This document shows, piece after piece, positions 32,633-45,515 of a stretch of 64,000 nt of DNA. A model generated the notes under the pieces. That model was not told the DNA's origin. It made no database searches and worked only from the letters and a program-made list of their open reading frames with translations. The translations under genes were made by a program, and so were the position numbers. The stretch spans positions 10,108,681-10,172,680 of the forward strand of contig CM119265.1 of NCBI GenBank assembly GCA_051294375.1. The letters run 5' to 3'. This DNA is from Paraspadella gotoi (taxonomy: Eukaryota; Animalia; Chaetognatha). How positions within the stretch are numbered: the first letter of the stretch is position 1; each line of letters begins with the position of its first letter.

Positions 32633-33922
32633 TCTGAATGACTCATGACTATCATCACTTGCAGGAATTTTTATAATCACATAAATGAATCACTATCATG
32701 GCATATTTGATCTGTTATAATTGAAGAACAATTTTTGTAATATTATAACTCTCATTGATTGTTATTGATTATCATCGCGTCAACGATTTACTAACATTGA
32801 TTTTATAATTGACTTTGATCACATCAATAAATTTAAGTTAATAAACAACGTAGACTACGAGAGTTTTGATGTAAAGATTTCAGGGTTCTGCTCAGTTATG
32901 GAGGCCTGAACCAAAGCCAGGGACAAAATAGCTAATTCATTATGTAAATTAATTTTTATATTGATTGTATCTATTTTATTAAGGAAAAAAACCACCAAAA
33001 TGGGTTTTCCACAGTCTGCCATCTTATCTGTTGTCATATCATCATATATATTATATAATCTATTAGATTAGTTTTTTTTTTATATTTATTATATTATATA
33101 TAATCAGTTCCCGCGGTCCAGTAAAATGACTCCTTTTTAAGAAACTCCCCTTCGTCTCGGCGGGCGAATGGCACCCGCTGTAATCCAGCCAACTAGGGAG
33201 AGAGGGTAGCAGGACGGAGGGACATTCCAAGTCAGGTATTCTGTGAATGTCATCTGCAGGATATCTCGCCATCGACCTATTCTAACATCTAGGTCAAATT
33301 GGGAAAGCGGTGCGCAAAAATTGAAAAATGACATCCGAAGTGTACAACAAAAAAGTTACATCCAAAAACGTTGTATGCCGCATTCCATGATTGAAGGGCA
33401 CTATGGAATGTACTGACCTTGGGTCGTGGTGTCTTGGGAAACAGGGTTAGAGGGTAACATAAAGTGGACAAATATGGTATTCCAAACCTGCTCCGCTATT
33501 TTTACATTTCGGTTAAATCTTCTTCAGGCCTATAGATAAAACTGAATGATATACAAATATTAACCTTACAACATTAGGCATTGCCTCAATGGCAGCTTGG
33601 TAACGTCGCCAATTACCACTATTTATACCAGAGTTCCCGCCGCATTTTTAGCTATTTTTAGCTATTTTGCGCTTTATCCACTTTTTCCGCTTTATTTTTT
33701 TCAACTAACTGCCACATAACTCAATTTTTCTCTTAACGATGTCGTACAGTTTTTGGGGAATCGAAATTAACTCGGATTTCTTCCTCTTTCAGTCAAATAT
33801 CTTTTTTTCAATTACGGAACGAATTTTTTGCTTTCAATCTCTAAAAGTAAAACACCTTATTAATTATTTACGAATTGATAATCGCCCTCGCTTATGTTTC
33901 CGCGATCGCTTAAATTTGAAAA

Positions 33923-34133
33923 TGTGATGCCCATTGAGATGGGGCATCTCAGTGTTGGCTTTGGGGGCTTCCGACCCTCAGTGACGCCTCCAGTCACTGG
34001 CGCGGTTATCCTAGGACGATCTCGCTTTGGACTGTGGATGGAACACTACGCCTGGGGTGGTCTGTTCCCCCTCTGAGCCAATGGATTTGGCTGAAGGAGG
34101 GTGGACGTGAGGCGGTGAGAATATGCCGCCACA
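33923..34133 (+). repeat. copy 2 of the multi-hairpin element, with a 23-bp internal deletion
   Basis: Lacks CCAACGCAGAGGGAAGTCGTTAG; otherwise colinear. Confidence 0.85.
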
Positions 34134-34140
34134 TATGATC

Positions 34141-34577
34141 ATTTTTAGTCGGATCTGCTTATCAGCCGATCCAGACTCTATATTCTATAATCCACTTTGT
34201 CGGTCCGTCGGTCCCCCCCTCAATCTTGTCGGACATTTATTTAAATCATGTCAGAACATCGAATAATCGAATAAATTATGCACAAAATAAATGATGTCCG
34301 CCCGTCCGTCCGTACGTGCGTCCGTCTGTCTGTCTGTCCGTCCCCCTTAGCAAAAAACTCCAGTTACTCGTGATTGGATCCATGGATAAATTGGGATGAA
34401 ATTTTGTGTGTGGGTTGGAAAATTTGTGATGATTGAATCGTGCGTGTGGAAATGAGTTTCAATAGAAAAAACATAAGTCACATTAACTTAAATCTTTTTC
34501 CTAATTTTAACCCATAATTACTCGAATTAATCATATCTGGATGGATAGATTGAGATGAAATTTTGTGTGTGGGTAGG
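34141..34577 (+). mobile_element. Helentron-associated (HINE/DINE-1-like) element running into a gap
   Basis: TTTTTAGTCGGATC..GATCCAGACTCTATA hairpin start, (CCGT/CTGT)n, repeated GATGAAATTTTGTGTGTGGGT block. Confidence 0.6.
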
Positions 34578-36598
34578 NNNNNNNNNNNNNNNNNNNNNNN
34601 NNNNNNNNNNNNNNNNNNNNNNNNNNNNNNNNNNNNNNNNNNNNNNNNNNNNNNNNNNNNNNNNNNNNNNNNNNNNNNNNNNNNNNNNNNNNNNNNNNNN
34701 NNNNNNNNNNNNNNNNNNNNNNNNNNNNNNNNNNNNNNNNNNNNNNNNNNNNNNNNNNNNNNNNNNNNNNNNNNNNNNNNNNNNNNNNNNNNNNNNNNNN
34801 NNNNNNNNNNNNNNNNNNNNNNNNNNNNNNNNNNNNNNNNNNNNNNNNNNNNNNNNNNNNNNNNNNNNNNNNNNNNNNNNNNNNNNNNNNNNNNNNNNNN
34901 NNNNNNNNNNNNNNNNNNNNNNNNNNNNNNNNNNNNNNNNNNNNNNNNNNNNNNNNNNNNNNNNNNNNNNNNNNNNNNNNNNNNNNNNNNNNNNNNNNNN
35001 NNNNNNNNNNNNNNNNNNNNNNNNNNNNNNNNNNNNNNNNNNNNNNNNNNNNNNNNNNNNNNNNNNNNNNNNNNNNNNNNNNNNNNNNNNNNNNNNNNNN
35101 NNNNNNNNNNNNNNNNNNNNNNNNNNNNNNNNNNNNNNNNNNNNNNNNNNNNNNNNNNNNNNNNNNNNNNNNNNNNNNNNNNNNNNNNNNNNNNNNNNNN
35201 NNNNNNNNNNNNNNNNNNNNNNNNNNNNNNNNNNNNNNNNNNNNNNNNNNNNNNNNNNNNNNNNNNNNNNNNNNNNNNNNNNNNNNNNNNNNNNNNNNNN
35301 NNNNNNNNNNNNNNNNNNNNNNNNNNNNNNNNNNNNNNNNNNNNNNNNNNNNNNNNNNNNNNNNNNNNNNNNNNNNNNNNNNNNNNNNNNNNNNNNNNNN
35401 NNNNNNNNNNNNNNNNNNNNNNNNNNNNNNNNNNNNNNNNNNNNNNNNNNNTATTATTGATAGGGAAATCCAGGTACTCTGGGGGTTGACAAACTTGAGA
35501 GTGAGAAAGTCATGATTGAAAGCTTGCAGGGTCCTACCATGTTATGATCTAAACCTAATCCGAAACCCAGTATGTCCAAAGTCAGGGACAAGATAACTCG
35601 TTTTTTTTTTTGTTTATACCAATTTAATAATACACGAGAAAACTGATGAAAAAACCATATATAGAAATGATAATAGGAAATAACAAAGTCAATAACGAAA
35701 GTAAAAGTAAGGTCACTAAGTAAGGTCATCAAGGTAACCTTGATCGAGTTGATATCATTTTATCCGAAGGAATTGTTGTCTTCGTTGTTGTTCCTACCAG
35801 ACGAGCGCGATATCAATGGTAGACTATTGGAGTTATTGCTGTAGTTCTTTCCCGATAGCTACCACAGCGTCAACGGCCTTAGGAGCAAAGAATGAAAATA
35901 GAAAAATTGTCAATTGCATTTATAAAGAGAGCGGGCCGAGTTGAATGGAAAAACAGCGTGGGAGTTAAAAATGGAAAAATGAATTGTGCGCCCAAGCTGA
36001 GATTTCGTCGTCGTCGTCGTCGTCGTCGTCGATTGACGTTTTAATCAAAAGACCGAAGAAACAACGTCTGAATTTTTTTTGGTTGGCATGGCATGGCATG
36101 GCTTGACTGTTGATATTATATGGAGAAAAGTTGTTTATTCTCGATGCATAAACAGTTTTCTTCTTTTTTTTAATAAATCGATAGGGCAACGGTGCCTAGG
36201 ACTCTACTCTAGGGTATAGAGTCCTCATACTACTTTGCGTGAATGCGGTTTTGAGACCAACAGGTATCACCTCCATTTTGCTTTATATAACTCAGCCAGC
36301 GGGACGAGCTATGGAACCAGTAAAAACCAAAAAAGTAAAAAAATAAAAATCCATCAGAACGTTTAGGACTAAACACGTTTGCACGTCTTTCTTGCGCCCG
36401 ACTCGCATGCAAGTTTTCCTGCCAAGTTTGCAATACATGATTTTAAATCTTTTCCGGCGATCAGGCGTTCAGGCGATCAGGCCACCCACGCATTCACGAG
36501 CAATCACACAAACCGAAAGTAACGACACCTTGCGTGAGTGCGCCCTTCACTCGTTCGTCAGTGGGCGTTGCCGCTTCTCTCTCGTAGAAGGGGCTGGG

Positions 36599-36630
<32 letters not shown>

Positions 36631-36889
36631 CTTGTGGGTTTTTTTTTGTATGTGTGAATTATGTCTTGCGAAATGACTCAATCTTTTATTTAAATTCTGA
36701 TCGGGATTTAATATTATTTTCATTTGAAGAAACCAAAGGCATCATTATAAAAACTAAATTAAAATCTTGGTTAAAAAAATATGAAAGAGTGTTTAAAAAA
36801 CAAATAATTTATAAAACAAAAGACCTGAAAGTTTAATAATTAACTCGCTCCTTCATTCGGGCGTTGGTTCGGATTCGGTGCACACGACT

Positions 36890-36940
36890 CTCTCTCTCTC
36901 TCTCTCTCTCTCTCNNNNNNNNNNNNNNNNNNNNNNNNNT

Positions 36941-36975
<35 letters not shown>

Positions 36976-38267
36976 TCTCTCCATTAATTAGCTATTGATC
37001 TATATATAATACTATCGATTATCTTTAAATTAGTTTGTTACGTATTGGGAAGTAAGTTACTTAATTCGTTCAATCCTAGTTAAAACAAAGTTCTAACTTA
37101 ACCATAATTTAGCAGAGAGAAAACATTTTTTCGAAAGTTTCCATCCATAAAAAAAGGAAAGAAAGTAAAATCGGATTGTACTTCGTTTTTATACCTCCCT
37201 GTTTTGGTTTCGACAAACGCGCCTGACGGTTTTTCGGCCAAAATTAAACGATCAATCAACCAGAAATATTTTTAAAAAAAAGACTTATCCGTCTAAAAAT
37301 TAACGAGCCAATATTCTTAATTGTTTTCCTTACGTTAACGTTAATTATCTTACAGTTATTGAACCGAATTATTTTGAATAAGCAAATATGACCGATTATG
37401 AATATTTGTAAACGTGTAGTGAAAAACTGGTTCTGAGGAACAAAACATAATTTTAAACTGTTTATCTCAAGACTCAAAAAACCATCACATTAAAACGACA
37501 TTGAAAATGTGAGATAATAACACGAAGCTTTCTCGACTCCCAGAAGCGGCATCGAACGATTTCCAGAAACGATAATAAAAACAAAAAGAACACGACGATC
37601 ATATCTAAAAAAAAAACCAACCGATAAATCACTATCGAAGAACGTCTGGGACAGACAGGGCGCCTACGACGACAAACAACGACGAAAAAAAGGGACGAAA
37701 AATTCAATCGAGAACAAATAAAGAATAGAACGCGAAAGTCCACGAACATGACGATGACGACGGTCAGATGCGATGACGACGACGGAAGGCGAGAAAAGAA
37801 GAAACAAATGAATGGGAAGATTAAAGAGTTTTCTTTCAAAGAAGACGAGAAAAGACATACATGTAGTTGTCATTCTGAACAGATTATATGTGAATTCATT
37901 GTTGTAGAATTGTAGGAAAAATATATTGTATATTTATTTAAAAAGGCACGCTATTTTTTATAACGGCAATAAATTTATTTTCTAATTAAATTTTTTTGTG
38001 CCTTTGAGAAAACATAAGTAATTCCAAATTTGTGCTGGATTAAATAATATGTTCATAAATTTTTATATGCTGAGCAGGTTAAAGACAAACACAACAAATA
38101 CACCAACACATGAACATATTAAATTATTGAAAAGAGAAAAAAAATAAACAAAATTCGGATACGACGAAAAGAAAATGAAAACGTAAAGCAAAAACAAAAT
38201 TTCTGGAGCGAAAGACATAAACAACGAAAGAGCATGTTGAGAGAGAGAGAAGATGAGAGAGAGGAGA

Positions 38268-38316
<49 letters not shown>

Positions 38317-38757
38317 CTAGAGGCAGCAAACAAAAAGAGACTAGAAATCACTCAATGTTTAGAAAACGTTTTTTGAGAGGTAAGCTGAAAGTTTTCACTT
38401 TCTTTAAGAGAGAGAGAAGAGAAGATGAGAGAGAGAGAGAGAGAAGAAAGAAAGAGAAGAAGAGAGGAGAAGAGAGAGAGAAGAAGAGCTGAGGAGAAAG
38501 AATTTCTTGAAGTTGAGATGCTTTTAAGTTTACAAGCTTTTATATAAAGATTGACAAAGTAGCATGGAATAAGATAATTATAATGTAGTAACACTGATAC
38601 TTAAGGCCCAATTGAGTGCGGCTACCCCTCAAGTAACCCCCAGTTTTATATTTGAGCAGAATATAAGAGTTTAACTTTTTCCCGCTTTTTTAAGTTTTAT
38701 TTTACTTTTTTATTAAGGTTTGTAGAAAAAAAAAAACTGGTATCCAAAGTCCCTTAG
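36890..38757. repeat. inverted copy of 22750-24600, lying mostly between two 25-N gaps
   Basis: Reverse-complement match with many indels. Confidence 0.88.
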
Positions 38758-40007
38758 AGAGAGAGAGAACTGCTGTGTATCCGTGGGAGAAAGAGAGTTA
38801 TAGAGAAGAGAGAGAGAAAGACAGAGTCCGAGACACTGGGGGCGAACGAATCCAAACAATGTCGCCAGTAAAAAAAATTGGGTTCAAAACTCAAAACCGA
38901 AAAAAAAACTGAAACTGGATTAATTCGGATTTCNNNNNNNNNNNNNNNNNNNNNNNNNAGGAAATCAAACCGAAAAAAAACTGAAACTGGATTAATTCGG
39001 ATTTCGCGAAAAAAATTATTTAGCCTTTTTTTTTAAAATGAGAAAGTTCATCGTATTTTGTCACGGGAAAGGGTAAGTTTTATAATGTTAAAAATGTTAA
39101 ATGTTACTACATACGAAAAATGCTTTCTGTTAAATGATATAAGTTTTGAGTGAAGTTTAAAAGTTTTAGTTATAACATATTGCGGAATATCTTTCTCGCT
39201 TTTCAAGATTTTACCAAAGATAAACTAAAAAAAAAGATTTATCAAAGAACAAACTAAAAACGGTTGATAAACAATTCGTCTTCTAAATTTCAATAACATT
39301 CTCTCGTAAAAAATATTTTTTTTACACTTCATTTCAGCGTAAAGCGAAATAAAACTAGAAACGAAAAACGATAAACAAAAACATATGAGGATTTCCTTAT
39401 CTCTTTCCGTTCAAGAGACCACTTTTTTTGTGTTTTAGTTTTCAACTTTGGAGAATGTCAAATAAATATTAAATGAACCGTAAAAAATGAACTTTTATTA
39501 TTTTTATTTACGAATATAGATCTTTAAAAGAATTTGAAAAAGCTCATTTTTAATTGTCTCAATTTTTACAGGTTGGTAGGATTTTAAATAATATTTTTTC
39601 AATAAAAATATTGAAAAAAAATCGTAAATATAAGAGATTGGTTGGGTTTTACAACATGACTGCTCAATGCTAATATACAGCAATACCTTACATCCTGCAT
39701 CTCTGCATCTCAAAAACCCTCTCCCCCGTCCAACCCTCTCCCCCCCCGTGTCAACCTCAACCACTCAACGTTTCCAGACTGACGATGCGTTCGACCCCAC
39801 CTCCGCTGATCCGCGCACAGTCTCGATCTCTCCCGGATCTCCAGTCGGTCATCCGGGAGTCACGATCAGAGATCCCGCTGCTTCAGCGACACAGCGGTTA
39901 CGCGACTTGGGAGATTGGTTCGATACCTGTTTGCTTAGTAACTTATTATATTAAAACTTAATAAAGAAACACGAATTTACTCAGTATATATAATAATAAA
40001 ATGAAGG

Positions 40008-40126
40008 TGTCAGAAGTGGGATTCAACCCACGCCGCATAAGCGGACCAGAATCTCTTCCCTTTCGATCACATGAAGATTTATGTTCATCTTGAGTCTGGC
40101 GCCTTAGACCACTCGGCCATTCTGAC
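40008..40126 (-). tRNA. trnL-CAA: tRNA-Leu(CAA) with 37-nt intron (40052-40088); two single-base deletions (read error or pseudogene)
   Basis: Reverse complement GTCAGAATGGCCGAGTGGTCTAAGGCGCCAGACTCAAG...TTCTGGTCCGCTTATGCGGCGTGGGTTGAATCCCACTTCTGACA; lacks one G and the C of TTCG relative to the copy at 40638. Confidence 0.8.
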
Positions 40127-40637
40127 ACATGTAATCGACACAAATATAATCACATCTCTTTTATTAATCAAAACTATTCTTATGAAATTAGTCCAACCTA
40201 TAGAAAAATAAACTTTAAACATGCTAGTTTATTCACTCCCAGTGAAGAAGACTTTGTCTCGACTCTTGCTGTCCGAGCTTTCGAAGAGTCGCCAGTCCAA
40301 AAAATGGTTTTGACTAGAGTCTCGCTGACTGAAGAAAGCAAAGTTACCAAAAGTCTAGAAGTTCATTATCGGTGACGTAAACCTCGCAATACTTGACAAT
40401 TTCTTGACAAAAATCCGTCGTGAAAACTCGTAAAACGACTGAAAAATCGGTCACCAAAAATTATGAAAATAAACCGTTCAAAAAATGACGGCGATAAAGA
40501 GAAAATTGATACAAATAACACTTCCCCCTGAGTAACTTTCTTCCCTGTAATTATATATATTATATTTCAATAATTGTTTAAAGTGTAAAAATGGACCACT
40601 CATGAAAGCGTGCGTATACTATGACGTAAAAGTGACT

Positions 40638-40757
40638 TGTCAGAAGTGGGATTCGAACCCACGCCCGCATAAGCGGACCAGAATTCTCGCCTGGTTCTTA
40701 GACAGGAAGTTTAGCGAATCTTGAGTCTGGCGCCTTAGACCACTCGGCCATTCTGAC
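40638..40757 (-). tRNA. trnL-CAA: tRNA-Leu(CAA) with 36-nt intron (40684-40719)
   Basis: Intact cloverleaf, GGTTCGAATCC B box, TTTT downstream. Confidence 0.96.
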
Positions 40758-40848
40758 ATATATATACTTAAAATGGATATAAACACATATCTTTTCTTAA
40801 TTATCGATATTCTTATGTTTCTCCTACTCTTTTCTATCTCTCCGCCAG

Positions 40849-41050
40849 GTTTCAACCTTCCCTGCCCCATGGACCCGCCCCGCGTGGCCCGAAAAGTCAA
40901 CGGTCAAAAGTTCAAGTTGATCCACTCGGCCGAAGTTCAGCTTCTCCGTCTCCCGCCAACCAAAAACGTCGGCAACAAACTCCTGGCGGCCAAACTTCTC
41001 CGGAAATGGGAGACGGTGACGCTGACGCTTGACGAGAACGCCATCTGCGC
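40849..41050 (+). CDS. CMIP: CMIP (c-Maf-inducing protein) first recognisable coding exon, start of PH domain; ATG at 40869
   Basis: NGQKFKLIHSAEVQLLRL..NKLLAAKLLRKWETVTLTLDENAI parallels vertebrate [40 protein letters not shown]; ccgccag acceptor, gtgagt donor (phase 2). Confidence 0.88.
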
Positions 41051-41818
41051 GTGAGTTTGGCGGGAGGGTTGGGATGGGAGAGGGAGTCAAATAGGATGAA
41101 TACGGGTTCCTTCTCTATTCTTCCTGCCAACTTTTTTTCGATATTTTCTCTCTCTCTCTCTCTCTCTCTTCATTCATTCAATTCTACGACTTCACTTTCA
41201 CTTCCAAGTGAATTGTGATTCGCTTTCACGACTACCGCCTCCAACTATCAGCAGTTACCTTTCACAACTCACAACTCACTTCTACTTACACATGTCCTGA
41301 CGTCAAAACGTATCGGTATTCAGTATTACAATTATTTTTCGATTCAATTTTATTAACTTTCTACTGTTACTGTTTAGTGTTTACTGACTCTTATTGTCAG
41401 TGCCGTGAGCTCGTCGACTATCTCATATAAGCTTAAAGTCTTACCTTTTTTCACCTATAAACTAAGCCTCTCGCCCTCTCATCAAATCATTATCCCCACA
41501 CCTCTTTCCCTTTCTTTTTTCTCTCTGCGTTTTCTTCATTTTTTCCCCTCTCCCTTAATCTCCATTAACCTTTAACTCGGTCTTAATGGAAGAAAAAGGA
41601 ATTAGGGCAGAAGGAAAATAAAAAAGAAAAAGTGGAGGAAAAAGAAGAAGAAAAGAAAAATAAGAGGAAAAAAAATTTTCCTTTTAATTTACGAGAGAAA
41701 TAGCATTTTTTTCCCGCACATGGATCAGTTGATCTTATCTCGCTATATTTTCATTCACGCTGCTTAAGCCAGTTGTTTCACTCTCTCTCTTTTCCTTATA
41801 TCTCTCCTCTTCTCTCTC

Positions 41819-41867
<49 letters not shown>

Positions 41868-41956
41868 CCTTCAAATAATAATCATAAATGAGGTGATGTC
41901 TGAAGTAAATATAGATTCTCTGTATTAGCAACCCCATCTCCAACCCATCAACTCAC

Positions 41957-42085
41957 ATCTCTTCAACTGAGTGATGTTCGGGAGCTTCTCGTAGGCGAGT
42001 CTCCCCTCTGTCGACTGCAGAGTCGTATGATCTGCAGTTCGTGTCTCGATTCTCCACCACTTCCAACTCTACATCGCGCAGGCAC
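41957..42085 (-). pseudogene. CMIP: CMIP exon 9 (frameshifted)
   Basis: ELEVVENRDT/ELQII/TLQSTEGRLAYEKL versus [31 protein letters not shown]. Confidence 0.8.
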
Positions 42086-42148
42086 TTCCATGGAGGCGGA
42101 AGAGGAAGAGGATTATAATTTCATATTTTTGTATAATATTTATATCAT

Positions 42149-42186
<38 letters not shown>

Positions 42187-42616
42187 GTAGTAAGTTGTGT
42201 AAGTTGAAAACTCTGGAAAAATAGTAAGTTTAAAACAAAGATCTATATTGTGAATTTCCGACTTCCATTTTTTTCTTCTTTCTTTCCACACTCCTTTTTA
42301 CTATTCTTTTTTTCTTTCTTTACTTCGGGCCTACCTATCTTCCACTCTCTTCAATCATGTTTCTTTCTTTGTTCTTCTTTGCTCTTTTTCTATTTTTTCA
42401 TTCTTCTTTCCTTTATTCCTTTAATTTTCCTTTCTTCCTTTTCTTACTTCCTTCCATTCTTATCTGCCTCATTTTTTCTTCCTAAGTATTGGTAAATATG
42501 AATAAACCAAGAATAAATGTACTATTAATAAGTAGGTACAAGATAAAAAAAGGCGTTTGGATTCATAAATTTTTCATGGCAAAACTGCTACTGAATGACA
42601 CCAATTTTAAAATCAC

Positions 42617-42767
42617 CTCAATTGGCCGATCGTTCTCTCGCAGCGCCAGCAGCATGCAAGGCCCCAGCATTTTTTGAGAGACTGTGGAGAAACTTTTTCT
42701 CTGAGCAACACTGCAGCAACGGTGCAGCATCTCTCAAAAAGTTTTTCCGTCGTCAAAACGATGCCGC
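42617..42767 (-). pseudogene. CMIP: CMIP exon 8 (frameshifted)
   Basis: [28 protein letters not shown] versus [29 protein letters not shown]. Confidence 0.85.
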
Positions 42768-43176
42768 CTTTGAAAAAGAATAAATCATATAGCCATAACG
42801 GTGGACAATGCTACCAGGGTGAGTTAGTATTAAATCTAAAAATTTGAAATAAATTTACTGAAAAAAGTTATTAAACTCAAAAATTTTTTAAAGAATTAAA
42901 ATCAGGTCTTAAAACTTTAAAAGTATATTAAAAAAATTTGACCATCATTACTCAGTCAGGTTGAATATTAGTTTAATAATTTAATTTACATAGAAATAAA
43001 ATTCGTATAAAATTTTGAGAAAATAATTTTCTAACTTTTATTTTATATTTTAAAATTTAATTATATTAATTATTAATTAATTATAAATTAATGTTTTAAA
43101 AATTTTCACTCCACTGTATTGCCAATAATTACTTAACTAACCACAATAACCAACAATAACTATAAGAACCAATAAC

Positions 43177-43352
43177 CCGGTCCGAAGATGTGGATCCAAC
43201 GCCTCTTTCCTTCCTGATGCCCAACACATCTGATGGACCGCAGCACCGTTTGTTGCGCAACGACGGCGATGGCTTCTTTGATTTGCCGCACAAAGCTTCG
43301 TCCGCGAGGATGCTTGCCTTTGAAGGGAACCGGCTGTAGCAAGAGGCCAGGC
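43177..43352 (-). pseudogene. CMIP: CMIP exon 7 (frameshifted)
   Basis: LAS/LLQPVPF..ILADE..VLGIRK..WIHIFGPG versus LASLLQPIPFPKEALAHE...WFQLYSPG. Confidence 0.82.
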
Positions 43353-43890
43353 CTGGAAGGAAACATTTGAGATTGGAAGAATGCGGATGCAAGTTGCTCA
43401 GGAAATGTGTTTCGAGAAAAACGCAATTTAAGGCGATGACGACGAGACGCGACGACGACGACGACGTAAACTCGTAAAATTCTAACGATGGGGAATAAGA
43501 CAAAGATTGTCTTTTTTACGAAAACATTAAAACAACTTGCGAAAAGTTTAATTTTTTTTTTAAATGCAGGTATACAAACCTGTTTAATTTTACATTGAAT
43601 GGAAGTGCAAAAAAAAAAAATACACAAAAAAGTAGAGAGAGGAAGAGAGATGCAGAATGAAGGAACTTAATTAAAAATGATAGAATTCACAAGAAGGGTT
43701 GCCCGAACCGCCTGCACAAAAAATTATATACTGTATCATCTTCCTTTTATGTATGTTTTTACAAACAAAAACAATCAAAATCAATCAAACCAATCAAACG
43801 AAAAAAAAAGCAAACCACGAAACCCAACAAACAACAGGAATGACAAAATAAAATAAAAACAAAAGTCACCGCCTTAACGATAACCTCTCT

Positions 43891-43978
<88 letters not shown>

Positions 43979-43995
43979 TCTCTCTCTTCTCTCAC

Positions 43996-44263
43996 TGCCG
44001 CCAGTCGTCAAAACCTCGCCGCCTTCTTTGATTACGTGACAAAACAAGCCGAATTTTCTCGTCGTAGTCGTCGTCGTCGTTCTGTTGTTGTTGTAGCCGA
44101 AGTCGTTTTGTCGTCGTTTTGGTCCGTCGTTTTGGTCGTCTTTTCGTCGTCGTGAGACGCGTTTCTCTCGGCGTCGGTTTTATCGTGTCGTCGTCCGTCG
44201 TTGGCGGAGATGAGAGAGGGAAGCCGCGAGGAACTCGAAACAGGTTCCCGAGACGACGGTTTT
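43996..44263 (-). pseudogene. CMIP: CMIP exon 6 (variable region ending FDDWR; frameshifted)
   Basis: Ends ACFVT..FDDWR then gtgaga, versus GCYVEILKLLSDYDDWR. Confidence 0.65.
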
Positions 44264-45098
44264 CTAGACAAGGAGGTCAAAAGTGGGAAGGGGTTTGGTC
44301 AAGAATTTGTTTTATGCCATCCTGCTCTTCTTCCTTTCCTTTTAACCTTCCTTTCTTCAATATCTTTCCTCCTTCTTCCTTTCTTTATTTTTATCCTCTC
44401 TATCTCTCTTTTTCTCCTTCCTATTTTGATTTTACCTCCCTTCCTTCCTTCTTCATTTATTTCTTTCAATCTTTTCTCCTCCTTCTAAGTCTTCATCCAT
44501 TTCTTCATCAGTTACTACTTTCTTCCTTTATTCATTCATCCACCCATCTCTCCTCCCTTCCTTTCTCCGTCCTTCCTTCCTATCTTTCTTTCCTCTTCTT
44601 TCCTTCCTAACTTTTTTCCTTCTATCCTTTTTCCTCCTTCCTTCCTAACTTTCTTTCTCCTTCCTACCTTTTTTTCCTCCTTCCTTTCTTCCGTCTTTCC
44701 TTCTATCTTTTTCTTCCATCTTTCTTTCCTCCTTCTTCTTTCTTCCTTCCTCCTATCTTTCTACTTTTTATCTTTTCTCCTTCCGTCTTCTTCCTTCTTT
44801 CTTTCCTTCCTATCTTCTTACTCCTCCTTCCTTCCTTTCTTTCTTCATTCTTCCTATCTTCTTCCTTCCGTCCTTCCTTCCTATCTTTCTTCCTTCTATC
44901 TTTCTTCTTCCTTCCGTCCTTCCTCTTACTTCCTTCCTTAAGTCCTTTCTTATCTTTCTTCCTTCCTTCGTCCTCCTATCTTTCTTTCCTCCTTCCTTCA
45001 TTATTTCCTTTCTTCTTTCTTCCTCCTCCTCCTACCTTCCTCCTTACTTCTAAAAGCTTTCTTCCTTATTTTCCCCCGATTACCTCTTCCCCTTTCAC

Positions 45099-45264
45099 CT
45101 TATTCCCCCGCCGTCGCTGCTGCTTTTCCTCCTGAGTTATTTACGCGCTGAAGCAATGAGGCGAGTTGGGGAGAATCCTCGGGTGGGGGAGCACTGTGCG
45201 CGCCCGTGGATGGGGCGACGAAGGCTCAGTTTGAGCGGGTTCGTCGCGAGGGCGAGGAGTAGTC
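45099..45264 (-). pseudogene. CMIP: CMIP exon 5 (frameshifted)
   Basis: LLAL...IHG...PHPRILPN versus YILAL...MHGPTGHCPHPRVLPN. Confidence 0.8.
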
Positions 45265-45515
45265 TGTATGAGGTGGAGAATGAAATAATAAATATATCAT
45301 AATACATAGCGTAAGGAACCTCAGCCATTCCGGTCATAGGTGATGGCTTAACTCAATGAGCCGTGATCCTTTGAACTTACAGCGCTGAGCTCAGAATCTT
45401 TGAAATTTATTCCGCTATGGCCTCTACAATTGTTCACCCTAACGACTAATCCCTAACTAGCCGCCACTCACCATCCAACCAATCCCCCGCCCCCCCATCG
45501 CCCCCTCTCTGTAAC

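Noticed and set aside
27495-34133. The two copies as paired LTRs of one retrotransposon
   Set aside because: No outer TSD, PBS, PPT or gag/pol remnants; the interior is ordinary microsatellite-rich DNA
34555-35489. 300-aa ORFs (also 25857-26396 and 63568-63966)
   Set aside because: Open only because they cross N gaps
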